Source: an uncultured bacterium
GTDB lineage: Bacteria > Omnitrophota > Omnitrophia > Omnitrophales > Aquincolibacteriaceae
Direction: 5' to 3'
NCBI GenBank assembly: GCA_964606385.1
Contig: CAZSFZ010000009.1
Coordinates: 5,762 to 69,761 of the forward strand
Length of the DNA stretch: 64,000 nucleotides
The notes under the pieces were generated by a model. The model was not told the origin of the DNA. It ran no database searches and saw only the letters and a program-made list of their open reading frames with translations. Every line of letters begins with the position of its first letter. The stretch's first letter is position 1. The position numbers and the translations under genes were made by a program. Shown one piece after another: positions 55,292 to 64,000 of the stretch.

Positions 55292-56421
55292 CGAGTAAGA
55301 AAAGCGAGCACTTCTTTCGCGGCGCGCGTGCTCGCGCCTTTTTCCCCGAGTTTTTCCCGCACTTGACGGAACTCTTCTTTCATTTTCTTCTGTAATTCCG
55401 GGCTTTGGAGGAACACTTTCGCTTCGTGGGCGAGCGTTTCGGAATGGGCGTCCTGCTGGATGAACTCCGGGATCACGCGGGTATCGGCAAGAAGGTTCAC
55501 AAGCCCGAGGTAGGGAACTTTGATCAGGCGTTTTCCGAGGAAGTACGTCGACCAGCTTGCTTTATAGAGCAGAAAGAACGGCGTTCCGAGGAGCGCCGTC
55601 TCAAGCGTGGCGGTGCCGGAAGCCACATACGCGAAATCCATCGATTTGACGAGTTCGTAGAAGGGAACCGAAGGACATTGAACTTCAAGGTCTGATCCGT
55701 GGAGTAGTGCGTCATAGACTTCCGGCCGGACGTTCAGCGACCTGGAAATAAAAAAAGACGCTTCCGGAATATCTTTTTTCAGCAAAGCGGCCGCCTGGAG
55801 CATGACGGGGAGGATCCTTTTCACCTCTTTTTCTCTCGAGCCTGAAAAAAGGCCGATCGCTTTTTGCCCCGGGGCGATGCCGATCCTGGCGCGTAGCACT
55901 GCCGCTTCCGGAAGGACCGGGATCGCATCCAGCAGGGGATGCCCCACAAATTTGACGGCCACACCCTCCTTTTCATAAAAATCTTTCTCGAAGGGAAGGA
56001 TCACAAGCATCTCACGGATATGTTTCTTCACAATATGGATCCGGCGCTTGCCCCAGGCCCAGAGTTGCGGCGAGATGTAATAAAGCACCGGAGCATTTGC
56101 GGGGAGCTTTTTGGCAAGCCGGAGATTGAAAGCCGGAGAATCGATCAGGACCACGGCATCCGGCTTCTCATCCCGGATATTCGCAAGCGTTTCGTTGAAG
56201 ATCTTCAGGTACTTGAAATAGTTCCGGAGGACATCCCCCAGGCCGAGCGCGGAGATCTTTGTCATGTCGTTAAAGACCTGCATGCCTGCCGCCTGCATTT
56301 TTGCGCCGCCCACGCCGCAAAAAACCGTATCCGGCACGAGCTTTTGGATCTCCGAGATCAGATGAGCGCCGTGGAGATCGCCCGAGGCTTCACAAGCGAC
56401 GAGGAATATCTTTTTAGACAT
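55288..56421 (-). CDS. lpxB: Lipid-A-disaccharide synthase
   Basis: 'MSKKIFLVACEASGDLHGAHLI' GT-B N-terminus. 377 aa. Confidence 0.85.
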   Translation of the reverse strand: MSKKIFLVACEASGDLHGAHLISEIQKLVPDTVFCGVGGAKMQAAGMQVFNDMTKISALGLGDVLRNYFKYLKIFNETLANIRDEKPDAVVLIDSPAFNLRLAKKLPANAPVLYYISPQLWAWGKRRIHIVKKHIREMLVILPFEKDFYEKEGVAVKFVGHPLLDAIPVLPEAAVLRARIGIAPGQKAIGLFSGSREKEVKRILPVMLQAAALLKKDIPEASFFISRSLNVRPEVYDALLHGSDLEVQCPSVPFYELVKSMDFAYVASGTATLETALLGTPFFLLYKASWSTYFLGKRLIKVPYLGLVNLLADTRVIPEFIQQDAHSETLAHEAKVFLQSPELQKKMKEEFRQVREKLGEKGASTRAAKEVLAFLTR

Positions 56422-56440
56422 AGAATTCGGCGGTTGTATT

Positions 56441-56566
56441 TAAATTCGAAATACGAAGCGCGAAATCCGAAACAAAATTTAAACCCGAATTTCTTAATGT
56501 CTCAAGCGTTTTAAATTTTGGTAATTCGAATTTGTTTCGAGTTTCGGATTTAGGATTTCGGATTTT
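56441..56566. repeat. AT-rich ~125-bp quasi-palindromic element built of CGAAAT/ATTTCG heptamer-like units
   Basis: Left arm ttcgaaatacgaagcgcgaaatccgaaacaaaattt. Right arm aaattcgaatttgtttcgagtttcggatttaggatttcggatttt. Lies between lpxB start and the upstream gene end. Confidence 0.5.
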
Positions 56567-56625
56567 GGCCATAGAGGTTATGAATTCATCAAAAGCCGTT
56601 TAGGAAAGCCAGGTTCGATCTCATT

Positions 56626-57567
56626 TTAATGAGAATCGCTCGGTTTGGGGTGTTCGGCCTGGATCTTGCGCGCGATCTCGAGAGCGATCGCGAGGGCATC
56701 CCGGGCTGCCGTATCGGGCTTTCCGATGCTTTTTCCGGTGCTGATCCCGTTCAAGAAGAATCGCAACTCTTCTTTCAGAGGTTCGGCCTTTTCGATGGAG
56801 ACTTCCTCCTGATGGACCTCGTTCCCGGTCTTGCGGATGATCTTGCCGGTCTGGGCGCCGTAATCGAGTGAGATGTAGGCGTCTTCCTGGAAGATGCGGA
56901 TCTTTCGCTGTTTTTCGAAGGTCAGGCGTGAGGCGGTAATGTTGGCGACGGCGCCGTTCTTGAACTTGAGGCGTACATTTGCGATGTCCTCGAAAGGCGT
57001 GAGGACATTCACACCGAGCGCATCGAAGCCTGCGACAGGGGAATCGACCAGCCCCATCACGATATCCAAGTCATGGATCATGAGGTCCAGCACCACGCCG
57101 CAATCGTTGATCCGTCCCGTGAAAGGCCCGAGGCGGTGGATCTCGAGAAAACGGATGTTTTTCGCGATCTCACGGACGCGTTTGAAACCGGGATTGTGCC
57201 GCTCAATATGTCCGACCTGAAGGGATAAATTCTTTTGTCGGGCAAGTTCGAGAAGTTCGTCTGCTTCTTTCAGGTTCAGCGTGATCGGTTTTTCGATCAG
57301 GGTGTGGATGCCGGCCTTGAGGAACTCTTTGGCGACGGCGTAATGGGTCGAGGTCGGGGTGGCGATACTGACGGCTTCCACTTTACCGATCAGGTCCTTG
57401 GGGTCGGCATAATAGGCAGTCCCGAGTTCCTTGGCTTTATCCGCCTTGGCGGGGTCCTGGTCCGAGATCCCGACCAGTTCGGCCTCGGGGAGGTCACGAT
57501 AGATCCGGGCATGTTCTTTGCCGAGGTGACCCACGCCGACGACGCCGACTTTCAGGGGTTTTTGCAT
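56626..57567 (-). CDS. Gfo/Idh/MocA-family NAD(P)-dependent oxidoreductase (possible GnnA-type UDP-GlcNAc 3-dehydrogenase)
   Basis: 'LKVGVVGVGHLGKEHARIY' Rossmann N-terminus, 'EKP' motif. Position beside lpxB suggests a lipid-A role, but there is no adjacent aminotransferase. Confidence 0.7.
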   Translation of the reverse strand: MQKPLKVGVVGVGHLGKEHARIYRDLPEAELVGISDQDPAKADKAKELGTAYYADPKDLIGKVEAVSIATPTSTHYAVAKEFLKAGIHTLIEKPITLNLKEADELLELARQKNLSLQVGHIERHNPGFKRVREIAKNIRFLEIHRLGPFTGRINDCGVVLDLMIHDLDIVMGLVDSPVAGFDALGVNVLTPFEDIANVRLKFKNGAVANITASRLTFEKQRKIRIFQEDAYISLDYGAQTGKIIRKTGNEVHQEEVSIEKAEPLKEELRFFLNGISTGKSIGKPDTAARDALAIALEIARKIQAEHPKPSDSH

Positions 57568-57688
57568 CCGAAATCCTTCATATCACAATAGTTATCGGGA
57601 AGAAAAATAACGCTCAAGGAGCTTAAATCATAACCTTGAGCAGTGTCAACGGATATGTTACAGTGTGGGCCCTTGCTTTCCAAGGGCC

Positions 57689-57745
57689 CGGGAAACGGAG
57701 AACGTCGAACGTCATCGTTTCCCGTTCCCCATTTACTGTTCCCCG
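57689..57745. repeat. GGAACGN/NCGTTCC heptamer-array palindromic element (copy E)
   Basis: ggaaacggagaacgtcgaacg-tcat-cgtttcccgttccccatttactgttcccc. Preceded by the hairpin gggccctt-gctttcc-aagggccc. Confidence 0.55.
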
Positions 57746-57758
57746 ATCCGGGAGGATT

Positions 57759-59522
57759 ATGGACATCTATAAACGACTACTGGGTTATGTGAAACCGTAC
57801 CGCTGGCGCCTTGCCGTCGCCTTCCTGTGCATGCTCGCTTTTTCAATGGCGAACGCGCTGGTCTCGGTCGCGCTCTACGTCATCACCAAAGGGTTCTTTC
57901 AAAAGAACCAGGTGGTTGTGGACAATGTTCCTTACATCTCCAAATATTTTCCGCAGCTGACCTCGGTCGCGTTGCCCATGATCTGGATCCCGGGCATTCT
58001 GATCGGGGTTTTTGCCTTGCGCGGTTTTTTCGATTACATTTCAAACTATAACATGGCCAACGTGGGGATCCTTGCGATCCGCCAGGTCCGGGACGATCTC
58101 TACCGTCATCTGGTCTATCTCTCTCATGATTTTTACTCGAAGGGCCGCACGGGAGATTTTTTAAGCCGTATCACCAACGACGTGAGCCAGATCCAGGGCG
58201 CGATCACGGATGTGATCACGGACCTCATCAAACAACCGCTCGTCATTCTCTTCAACATCCCGTTTATTTTTATCTGGGGCGGGAAATTCGCGATCATCGC
58301 GATATTCGTCTTTCCGCTCGTGGCCATCCCGATCGTGCTTTTGGGGAAACAGCTCCGGAAATTGACAAAAAAGATGCAGGCGCGGGTCGGCGACATCACC
58401 TCCTTTATCGGGGAGACCTTGTCCGGGGCCCATATCGTCAAGGCCTTTACCAGCGAAGAACGCGAGATCCGGCGTTTTGAAGAGATCAATTTCGCCGTGT
58501 TCAATTACTTCAGAAAAACGATCAAGGTCACGATCATCCAGCGCCCCTTGATCGAGTTGATCGGCGCGGTCGGCGCGGGGTTTGCCGTGTGGTACGGGAT
58601 GCAGTACCTTTCGCCGGAGCGTTTTGCCGCTTTTTTTATCTCTCTCTACATTTGTTATGAGCCTCTCAAAAAGCTGAGTAAAGTGAATAGCACGATCCAG
58701 CAGTCGATCGCTTCGGGGCAGCGTATTTTCGAGATCCTGGACGCCAAACCCACGATCCATAACAAACCGGATGCCCTTGTTTATCACGAACCGGTCCGCG
58801 AGATCAGCTTTGAGCACGTGGGGTTCTATTATGAACTTGATAAATGGGTGCTCAGAAATATCGAGATCAAGGCCAAGCACAATGAGGTGGTCGCCTTCGT
58901 GGGAGCCAGCGGCTCGGGAAAAACGACGCTCGTGAGCCTGCTCCTCCGGTTTTATGACCCCGTGGAAGGTGTGATCAAGATCAACGGCAAGGATATCCGG
59001 GATCTCACGCTGCACTCCCTCAGAAGCCTGATCGGGATCGTTTCCCAGGAGACCGTGCTGTTTAACAGCACGATCCGGGAGAACATCGCTTATGGCCGTC
59101 CGGAGGCAAGCCTCGATGACATCAAGCGTGCCGCCGAGATCGCCTATGCCTCTCATTTTATCGAAGCCCTGCCGCAAGGCTATGAAACGCCGCTCGGGGA
59201 CCGGGGACTCAAGCTTTCGGGCGGCGAGCGCCAGCGTATCGCGATCGCCCGCGCGCTTTTAAAGGACCCGCCGATCCTGATCCTTGATGAGGCGACCTCG
59301 CATCTGGATACCCAAAGCGAAAAAGAGGTCCAGAACGCCTTGGAGAACCTTATGAAGGAGCGTACGGTTTTCGTGATCGCTCACCGTCTTTCTACCATCC
59401 AAAAAGCCGACCGCATCCTTGTGATGGACAAAGGCAAGATCGTCCAGCAGGGAACGAACGAGTTCCTCCTGCGCCTCGGCGGCATGTATAAAAAACTCTA
59501 CGACCTGCAGTTTAATCTTTGA
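57759..59522 (+). CDS. msbA: ABC transporter permease/ATPase, MsbA-like lipid A flippase
   Basis: 6 TM plus NBD with 'GASGSGKTT', 'LSGGERQRIAIARAL', 'ILILDEATS'. ATG at 57759 with GGGAGGA RBS. Upstream ORF-track extension rejected. Confidence 0.8.
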   Translation: MDIYKRLLGYVKPYRWRLAVAFLCMLAFSMANALVSVALYVITKGFFQKNQVVVDNVPYISKYFPQLTSVALPMIWIPGILIGVFALRGFFDYISNYNMANVGILAIRQVRDDLYRHLVYLSHDFYSKGRTGDFLSRITNDVSQIQGAITDVITDLIKQPLVILFNIPFIFIWGGKFAIIAIFVFPLVAIPIVLLGKQLRKLTKKMQARVGDITSFIGETLSGAHIVKAFTSEEREIRRFEEINFAVFNYFRKTIKVTIIQRPLIELIGAVGAGFAVWYGMQYLSPERFAAFFISLYICYEPLKKLSKVNSTIQQSIASGQRIFEILDAKPTIHNKPDALVYHEPVREISFEHVGFYYELDKWVLRNIEIKAKHNEVVAFVGASGSGKTTLVSLLLRFYDPVEGVIKINGKDIRDLTLHSLRSLIGIVSQETVLFNSTIRENIAYGRPEASLDDIKRAAEIAYASHFIEALPQGYETPLGDRGLKLSGGERQRIAIARALLKDPPILILDEATSHLDTQSEKEVQNALENLMKERTVFVIAHRLSTIQKADRILVMDKGKIVQQGTNEFLLRLGGMYKKLYDLQFNL

Positions 59523-59543
59523 CCTTTTCGCAAAGGGTTTGGG

Positions 59544-59798
59544 ATGAACCTTAAAAAGGTTATGACGCGGGAAGTTCTCCTGCTGTGCGGATTTTTCGTC
59601 ACGGCCCTTTTACTCTTCATCTTTTTGGAAAGCAAATTCCCGGACCTGACGCGATACCACCTCAAGATCTCACTTGCGGTTTTCATTGTCCTGTACATTG
59701 GCCGTTGGATCCTCCGCATTTTTAAAGGTCTTTTGTTGATCCTTTTTATTGCTGCCATCGCAGGCGTTCTCTGGATCCTGTTCAGGCTTCCGGCCTAG
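59544..59798 (+). CDS. Hypothetical small membrane protein (2 TM, 84 aa)
   Basis: Two hydrophobic helices; no motifs. Confidence 0.4.
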   Translation: MNLKKVMTREVLLLCGFFVTALLLFIFLESKFPDLTRYHLKISLAVFIVLYIGRWILRIFKGLLLILFIAAIAGVLWILFRLPA

Positions 59799-59878
59799 CA
59801 TTTATTTTGAGAGGCTTTATCGAAAATCCCCGCGGCCTTCGGGGCTTACGCGCAACCTTTACATAAAGAAAAAATTTT

Positions 59879-60748
59879 ATGCCTATCGTAGCTCCTGTGA
59901 TACGGCCGCCGTCGGAAGCGGAGAGTTTCCTCCTTCAGGTCACCCTCGGATGTTCGGCGGATCACTGCACCTTTTGCGGCGCGTATAAGACCAAACCCTT
60001 CCGCGCAAAAGATCCCCAAGAAGTTTTTGCGGACATGGACCGGTTCGCCAAACGGTATCCCCAGACCCGGCGCGTATTCCTGATGGATGGCGACGCGCTG
60101 GTCCTCGCGAATGAAAAACTGGTCCCGATCCTTAAAAAGCTCCAACAGGCTTTTCCGAAATTGTCCCGCGTCTCCGCATACGCGAATGGTTCCAATTTCA
60201 AGCGGAAATCCGATGAAGATCTCGCGGAACTATACCGCCATAAACTGAGCCTGATCTATATGGGGCTTGAGAGCGGGAGCCAGAAGGTCCTTGACCATTG
60301 CGGCAAAACTTCCAGCGTGGAAGATATGGTAGAAGCCGTGCGTCGCGCGGAAAAGGCCGGCATCCGGTCCTCCGTCATTGTCCTTTTGGGTTTAGGAGGA
60401 AAAAAAGATTCGGGGGAACATGTGCGGGGGACGATCGAAGCTTTGAACCGGATGAAGCCGCGTTATCTTTCGTTTCTGTCGCTCATGGTCATTCCGGGGA
60501 CGCCGCTGGCAGAGGAAGTGGGCCGAGGGGAATTTGTGGAACTCAACAGTCAGGAGCTGTTACAAGAAGCCCACGATATCCTGCAAGGGCTTGAGCTGGA
60601 ACATACTATTTTCCGGTCAAACCACGCTTCGAATTACCTGCCGCTTGAAGGAACGCTCCCGAAAGACAAACCGGAGCTTTTGAAGGTGCTCAAGGCCGGT
60701 CTCGAAGGGAAGCTCTGGCTGAGGCCCGAAGGCTGGAGGGGATTATAA
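59879..60748 (+). CDS. Radical SAM domain protein with non-canonical CX4CX2C cluster motif
   Basis: 'LGCSADHCTFCGAY' (Cys spacing 4/2 rather than 3/2). Glycine-rich SAM-binding region 'LMDGDA'. 289 aa, no SPASM domain. Confidence 0.65.
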   Translation: MPIVAPVIRPPSEAESFLLQVTLGCSADHCTFCGAYKTKPFRAKDPQEVFADMDRFAKRYPQTRRVFLMDGDALVLANEKLVPILKKLQQAFPKLSRVSAYANGSNFKRKSDEDLAELYRHKLSLIYMGLESGSQKVLDHCGKTSSVEDMVEAVRRAEKAGIRSSVIVLLGLGGKKDSGEHVRGTIEALNRMKPRYLSFLSLMVIPGTPLAEEVGRGEFVELNSQELLQEAHDILQGLELEHTIFRSNHASNYLPLEGTLPKDKPELLKVLKAGLEGKLWLRPEGWRGL

Positions 60749-60752
60749 AAAA

Positions 60753-60782
60753 AGCCGGACATCCCAGGAATGTCCGGCTTTT
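60753..60782. terminator. Bidirectional Rho-independent terminator
   Basis: agccggacat-cccagga-atgtccggct flanked by an A-run and a T-run. Sits between convergent genes. Confidence 0.6.
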
Positions 60783-60796
60783 ATGAAAAAAATTTA

Positions 60797-61225
60797 TTAA
60801 AACTTGAAGAGTTTGATCTTGGCGGCGTCGCCGGACTTGTCTTCGGCCTGTTCGATCTCGTAGTCGTCATTCTTGGCGTAACCGAGGGAGGCGACCTTCT
60901 TAACGCCTTTGATCGTGTTGTCGACGACTTTTTCTCCGGCCTGCTGCGTTCCGTCCAAGGTCCCGACCACCGGTTTTTCGCTTACGGTGCCGTGCCCGGT
61001 ATCGGCCAAGGTGTCGCGGACATTGTCATAGGTCATTTCCTTGACGCCCGTCGCGAAATTCTTCGCGGGTTGATGTTTTTCCTGGGCCTGGGCTTCTTTT
61101 TCCATGGCTCTTTGGGCATTTTCTTGCGCGCGCGCGTCTTGATCGTACTGGTCCGGTTTGCGGGCCATTCCGAGATTGGCGACGGCAGCGACGAGGACAA
61201 GGGAGAGGAGAATTTTTATTTTCAT
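60797..61225 (-). CDS. Hypothetical secreted/periplasmic charged protein (142 aa)
   Basis: Signal peptide MKIKILLSLVLVAAVANLGMA. Gln/Glu/Lys-rich. Start is at the internal ATG 61225. Confidence 0.5.
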   Translation of the reverse strand: MKIKILLSLVLVAAVANLGMARKPDQYDQDARAQENAQRAMEKEAQAQEKHQPAKNFATGVKEMTYDNVRDTLADTGHGTVSEKPVVGTLDGTQQAGEKVVDNTIKGVKKVASLGYAKNDDYEIEQAEDKSGDAAKIKLFKF

Positions 61226-61347
61226 TTCGAAGCCCCTTTTTTGAATGATGTAGGAGAGCAAGCGGGAATAGTATACATAAACCGGACTTAAAGTAAACCT
61301 CATTGGAAATGCAAAATACCATTTCCCGCTGAGCGGAGAAGGTCAAG

Positions 61348-61395
61348 CGGGGAACGATTCGTTTGCCGTTTTCCATGACCCGTTCCCCGGTTTTT
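61348..61395. repeat. GGAACGN/NCGTTCC heptamer-array palindromic element (copy F, short left arm)
   Basis: cggggaacg-att-cgtttgccgttttccatgacccgttcccc-ggttttt. Confidence 0.5.
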
Positions 61396-61495
61396 CAAGC
61401 AAGGGCTGTTTGATTTTCCTTGATTGGTAAGTTATACTACGCGAACTTACTTAAGGTTTTGTCATCACTGAACTTAGGACATTTACGGACGAAAA

Positions 61496-62791
61496 ATGAA
61501 AAAGATAAGGATCGGACTTCTCGGATTGGGACAGATCGGCACCGGGCTCTATGAGATTCTGGCGGCCAAGAAGGCTCTTTTTGCCCGTCAATTAGGGGTG
61601 ACTTTCGAGCTCGCTCGCATCGCGGAAAAATATCCCGAGCGGAATAAAAAGGTCCGCCCGCCCAAGAGTATCCTGACCAAGGACGCTTTCGCCGTCGTGC
61701 GAGATCCATCCATCGATGTGGTCGTGGAACTCATCGGAGGAACAACGGTCGCCCGTCAGCTCATCAAAGAAGCCCTGAAGAACGGTAAGCATGTCGTGAC
61801 GGCGAACAAGGCGCTTTTGGCCGAGCACGGCGACGAGATATTCGAACTCGCGCACAAGATGAAACGGTGGCTCTGTTTTGAGGCGAGCGTGGGCGGCGGG
61901 ATCCCGTGCATCAAGGCGCTCCGGGAAGGCCTTGCTGCCAATCGCATCGACTCGATCCACGCCATCATCAACGGCACGACGAACTACATCCTGACCCAGA
62001 TGACGGCTAGGGGCATGAATTTCGCGGAGGCACTGGCCGGCGCGCAAAAGTTGGGGTTTGCCGAGGCGAACCCGTTCCTCGACGTGAGCGGGCATGACGC
62101 CGCGCACAAGCTCGCCATCCTCGCGCGCTTCGCGTTCGGCGGCAAAGTGAAGTTCAAGGACATCTATTGCGAAGGGATCACCGAGATCTCCAGCGACGAT
62201 ATCGCTTTCGCCAAGGAATTCGGATACACGATCAAACTGCTCGCGATCGCCAAGCGGTCCGGCGAAGGGATGGAGGCGCGCGTTCAGCCGACACTCCTGC
62301 CGAATTCGCATATCCTCGCGAACGTGAACGGATCGTTCAACGCGATCCTGATGCGCGGCGATGAGGTGGGCGACGTGCTCTTTTACGGCCGCGGCGCGGG
62401 GCCGCATCCGACCGCGAGCGCCGTCGTGGCGGACCTGGTGGATATCGCCAAATCGCCGTCCTTCGGGCCGGTGGAGGATAAGTTCGTGGTGCGTGCGCTC
62501 GGGAAGACGATCCCCGTGAAAAGCATTTTTTCGATCCTTTCGCGCTATTACCTGCGTTTTTACGTGATCGACCGGCCGAGTGTGCTCGCGGCGATCTCGA
62601 AAGTGCTCGGGAAATATAAGATCAGTATTTCGGATGTCATGCAGCGCGAACGCAGCGCCGGCCGCGTGGTGCCTCTCATCCTTCTCACGCACGACACGCA
62701 TGAAAAAGACCTGAGGGCCGCGATCCGTGAGATCGATCGTATGTCCTGCATCAAGAAGAAGACCCAGGTCATCCGGATCGAGGGGGCGTAA
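61496..62791 (+). CDS. hom: Homoserine dehydrogenase with C-terminal ACT domain
   Basis: '[15 protein letters not shown]' Rossmann. '[10 protein letters not shown]' active-site region. 431 aa. Confidence 0.9.
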   Translation: MKKIRIGLLGLGQIGTGLYEILAAKKALFARQLGVTFELARIAEKYPERNKKVRPPKSILTKDAFAVVRDPSIDVVVELIGGTTVARQLIKEALKNGKHVVTANKALLAEHGDEIFELAHKMKRWLCFEASVGGGIPCIKALREGLAANRIDSIHAIINGTTNYILTQMTARGMNFAEALAGAQKLGFAEANPFLDVSGHDAAHKLAILARFAFGGKVKFKDIYCEGITEISSDDIAFAKEFGYTIKLLAIAKRSGEGMEARVQPTLLPNSHILANVNGSFNAILMRGDEVGDVLFYGRGAGPHPTASAVVADLVDIAKSPSFGPVEDKFVVRALGKTIPVKSIFSILSRYYLRFYVIDRPSVLAAISKVLGKYKISISDVMQRERSAGRVVPLILLTHDTHEKDLRAAIREIDRMSCIKKKTQVIRIEGA

Positions 62792-62795
62792 TCCT

Positions 62796-63866
62796 ATGGG
62801 CAAATACGCGGTCAAAAAGATCGGGATCATTGAGCGTTACCAGGAATACCTTCCGGTCACGGACAAAACGCCGATCGTTTCGCTGAACGAGGGCAACACG
62901 CCGCTCATCCTTGCGGAAGCGCTGCCCGCCGAGCTTGGGCTGAAGAATGTCCGCATCTACTACAAGTTCGAAGGCCTGAACCCGACCGGTTCTTTCAAGG
63001 ACCGCGGCATGACCATGGCAATCTCCAAAGCCGTGGAAGCGGGTTCGAAGGCGGTGATGTGCGCCTCGACCGGCAACACCTCCGCTTCCGCCGCGGCGTA
63101 CGCGTGCCGGTGCGGTTTAAAATGCTACGTGCTTATCCCGGAAGGGAAGATCGCGAAAGGGAAACTTTTGCAGGCGTACCGCTACGGCGCGAAAGTGATC
63201 ATGATCGAAGGGAATTTTGACAAGGCGCTTGAGCTTGTGAAGGAGATCACGGCGGAGGGCAAGATCACGCTCGTGAATTCCATCAACCCGTACCGCATCG
63301 AAGGACAGAAGACCGCGGCGTTCGAGATCGTGGATGACCTCGGGGACGCACCGGAATACCACGCGATCCCGGTCGGGAACGCCGGCAATATCACGGCGTA
63401 CTGGAAAGGCTACAAGGAATATAAAAAAGCGGGGAAATCCGAAACGCTTCCCAAGATGCTCGGTTTCCAGGCCGCGGGTTCGGCGCCGATCGTGCTGGGC
63501 CACCCGGTGGAAAAACCGGAGACGATCGCGACCGCGATCCGCATCGGGAACCCGGCGAGCTGGCAGGGCGCCGTGGCCGCGCGTGACGAATCGGGCGGTT
63601 TGATCGACATGGTGACGGACGAGGAGATCACGAAGGCTTACCGTTTCATCGCGGAGCGTGAAGGCGTGTTCGCCGAACCGGCCTGTGCCGCGCCGGTGGC
63701 CGGTGTGATCAAACTTGCGCAAAAAGGATTTTTCAAGGAAGGGTCCCGCGTCGTGATCACGCTGACGGGAGCCGGGTTGAAGGACCCCGATTTCGCGCTT
63801 AGTTTTGATGATCCCGTGTATAAGGTCAAATCCACGTTGAATGCCGTCAAGGAGGTGATCCGATGA
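62796..63866 (+). CDS. thrC: Threonine synthase
   Basis: '[12 protein letters not shown]' PLP-lysine motif. ATG at 62796; the ORF-track 5' extension is rejected. Confidence 0.9.
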   Translation: MGKYAVKKIGIIERYQEYLPVTDKTPIVSLNEGNTPLILAEALPAELGLKNVRIYYKFEGLNPTGSFKDRGMTMAISKAVEAGSKAVMCASTGNTSASAAAYACRCGLKCYVLIPEGKIAKGKLLQAYRYGAKVIMIEGNFDKALELVKEITAEGKITLVNSINPYRIEGQKTAAFEIVDDLGDAPEYHAIPVGNAGNITAYWKGYKEYKKAGKSETLPKMLGFQAAGSAPIVLGHPVEKPETIATAIRIGNPASWQGAVAARDESGGLIDMVTDEEITKAYRFIAEREGVFAEPACAAPVAGVIKLAQKGFFKEGSRVVITLTGAGLKDPDFALSFDDPVYKVKSTLNAVKEVIR

Positions 63867-64000
63867 AGTCGATCGTTGTGGTGCTCGCGGGCGCAGCGGA
63901 TCATCCGACCGAAGAACTCGGCGGGAAAACCCCCTTGGAAGCGGCCAAGGTGCCGAACCTGAATTTTTTCGCGAAGAACGGCAAAGTAGGCATGGCGAAG
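63863..64000 (+). CDS. Cofactor-independent phosphoglycerate-mutase homolog (apgM-like; proposed alternative homoserine kinase), 5' fragment
   Basis: '[40 protein letters not shown]' is the typical N-terminus of the apgM/TIGR02535 family. Runs off the window end. Confidence 0.55.
   Translation, partial: MKSIVVVLAGAADHPTEELGGKTPLEAAKVPNLNFFAKNGKVGMAK

Noticed and set aside
1-64000. Transposases, integrases, phage genes or toxin-antitoxin pairs
   Set aside because: None of the translated ORFs show DDE, tyrosine-recombinase, Xer, HicAB, RelE or similar signatures. The only candidate mobile features are the small repeat elements and the low-GC single genes.

Overview
This is a high-GC (~60%) chromosomal window from a Gram-negative-type (diderm) bacterium, probably an anaerobe. 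It contains about 70 genes, mostly on the + strand after 6.3 kb. Segments in order:
- 0.6-6.3 kb, minus strand: redox and sulfur genes. A five-gene overlapping operon (DUF134, NifX-like, PaaI thioesterase, C_GCAxxG_C_C protein, small ORF), then ArsR, a giant CoA-disulfide-reductase/rhodanese/TusA/DsrE fusion, and a secreted peroxiredoxin.
- 6.4-12.9 kb: TolC-like OMF and an RND pump with no membrane-fusion protein, followed by DUF2892, a thioredoxin-like protein and a DUF2156-like protein.
- 13.0-18.1 kb: gatCAB split by a CDGSH protein and a low-GC PD-(D/E)xK-like ORF, then tsaD.
- 18.2-26.8 kb: mgtC, hisG, a bS22-like mini-ORF, and the conserved ispE-spoVG-tRNA-Gln-glmU-prs-ctc-pth block interrupted by two orphan sugar ABC permeases.
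- 27.0-35.4 kb: rpsF-ssb-rpsR-rplI-dnaB, then bamA-skp-lpxC/fabZ fusion-lpxA-lpxI.
- 36.3-43.6 kb: a sigma-54 nitrogen module. A GAF-sigma54 activator, palindromic UAS, sigma-54 promoters in front of type-III glutamine synthetase and amtB-glnK, and a porin-like OMP.
- 43.8-51.5 kb: carA followed by two tandem full-length carB paralogs.
- 51.6-64.0 kb: an 858-aa protein with a degenerate RecA/KaiC-like N-terminus fused to a PEP-utilising (PPDK_N) domain, rlpA, a TIGR04073-like protein, lpxB, a Gfo/Idh/MocA oxidoreductase, msbA, a radical-SAM protein, hom, thrC and a partial apgM-like gene.
The most unusual non-genic signal is a family of palindromic elements built from 7-nt GGAACGN / NCGTTCC repeats, with six or more copies. 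One copy is inserted in-frame inside gatB, and others are read through at the RND 3' end and tsaD 5' end. A second, AT-rich CGAAAT-type heptamer palindrome and a tandem palindrome inside gatA were also seen. No CRISPR array, transposase or IS element was found. All calls come from reading ORF translations and the sequence by eye; no searches were run.
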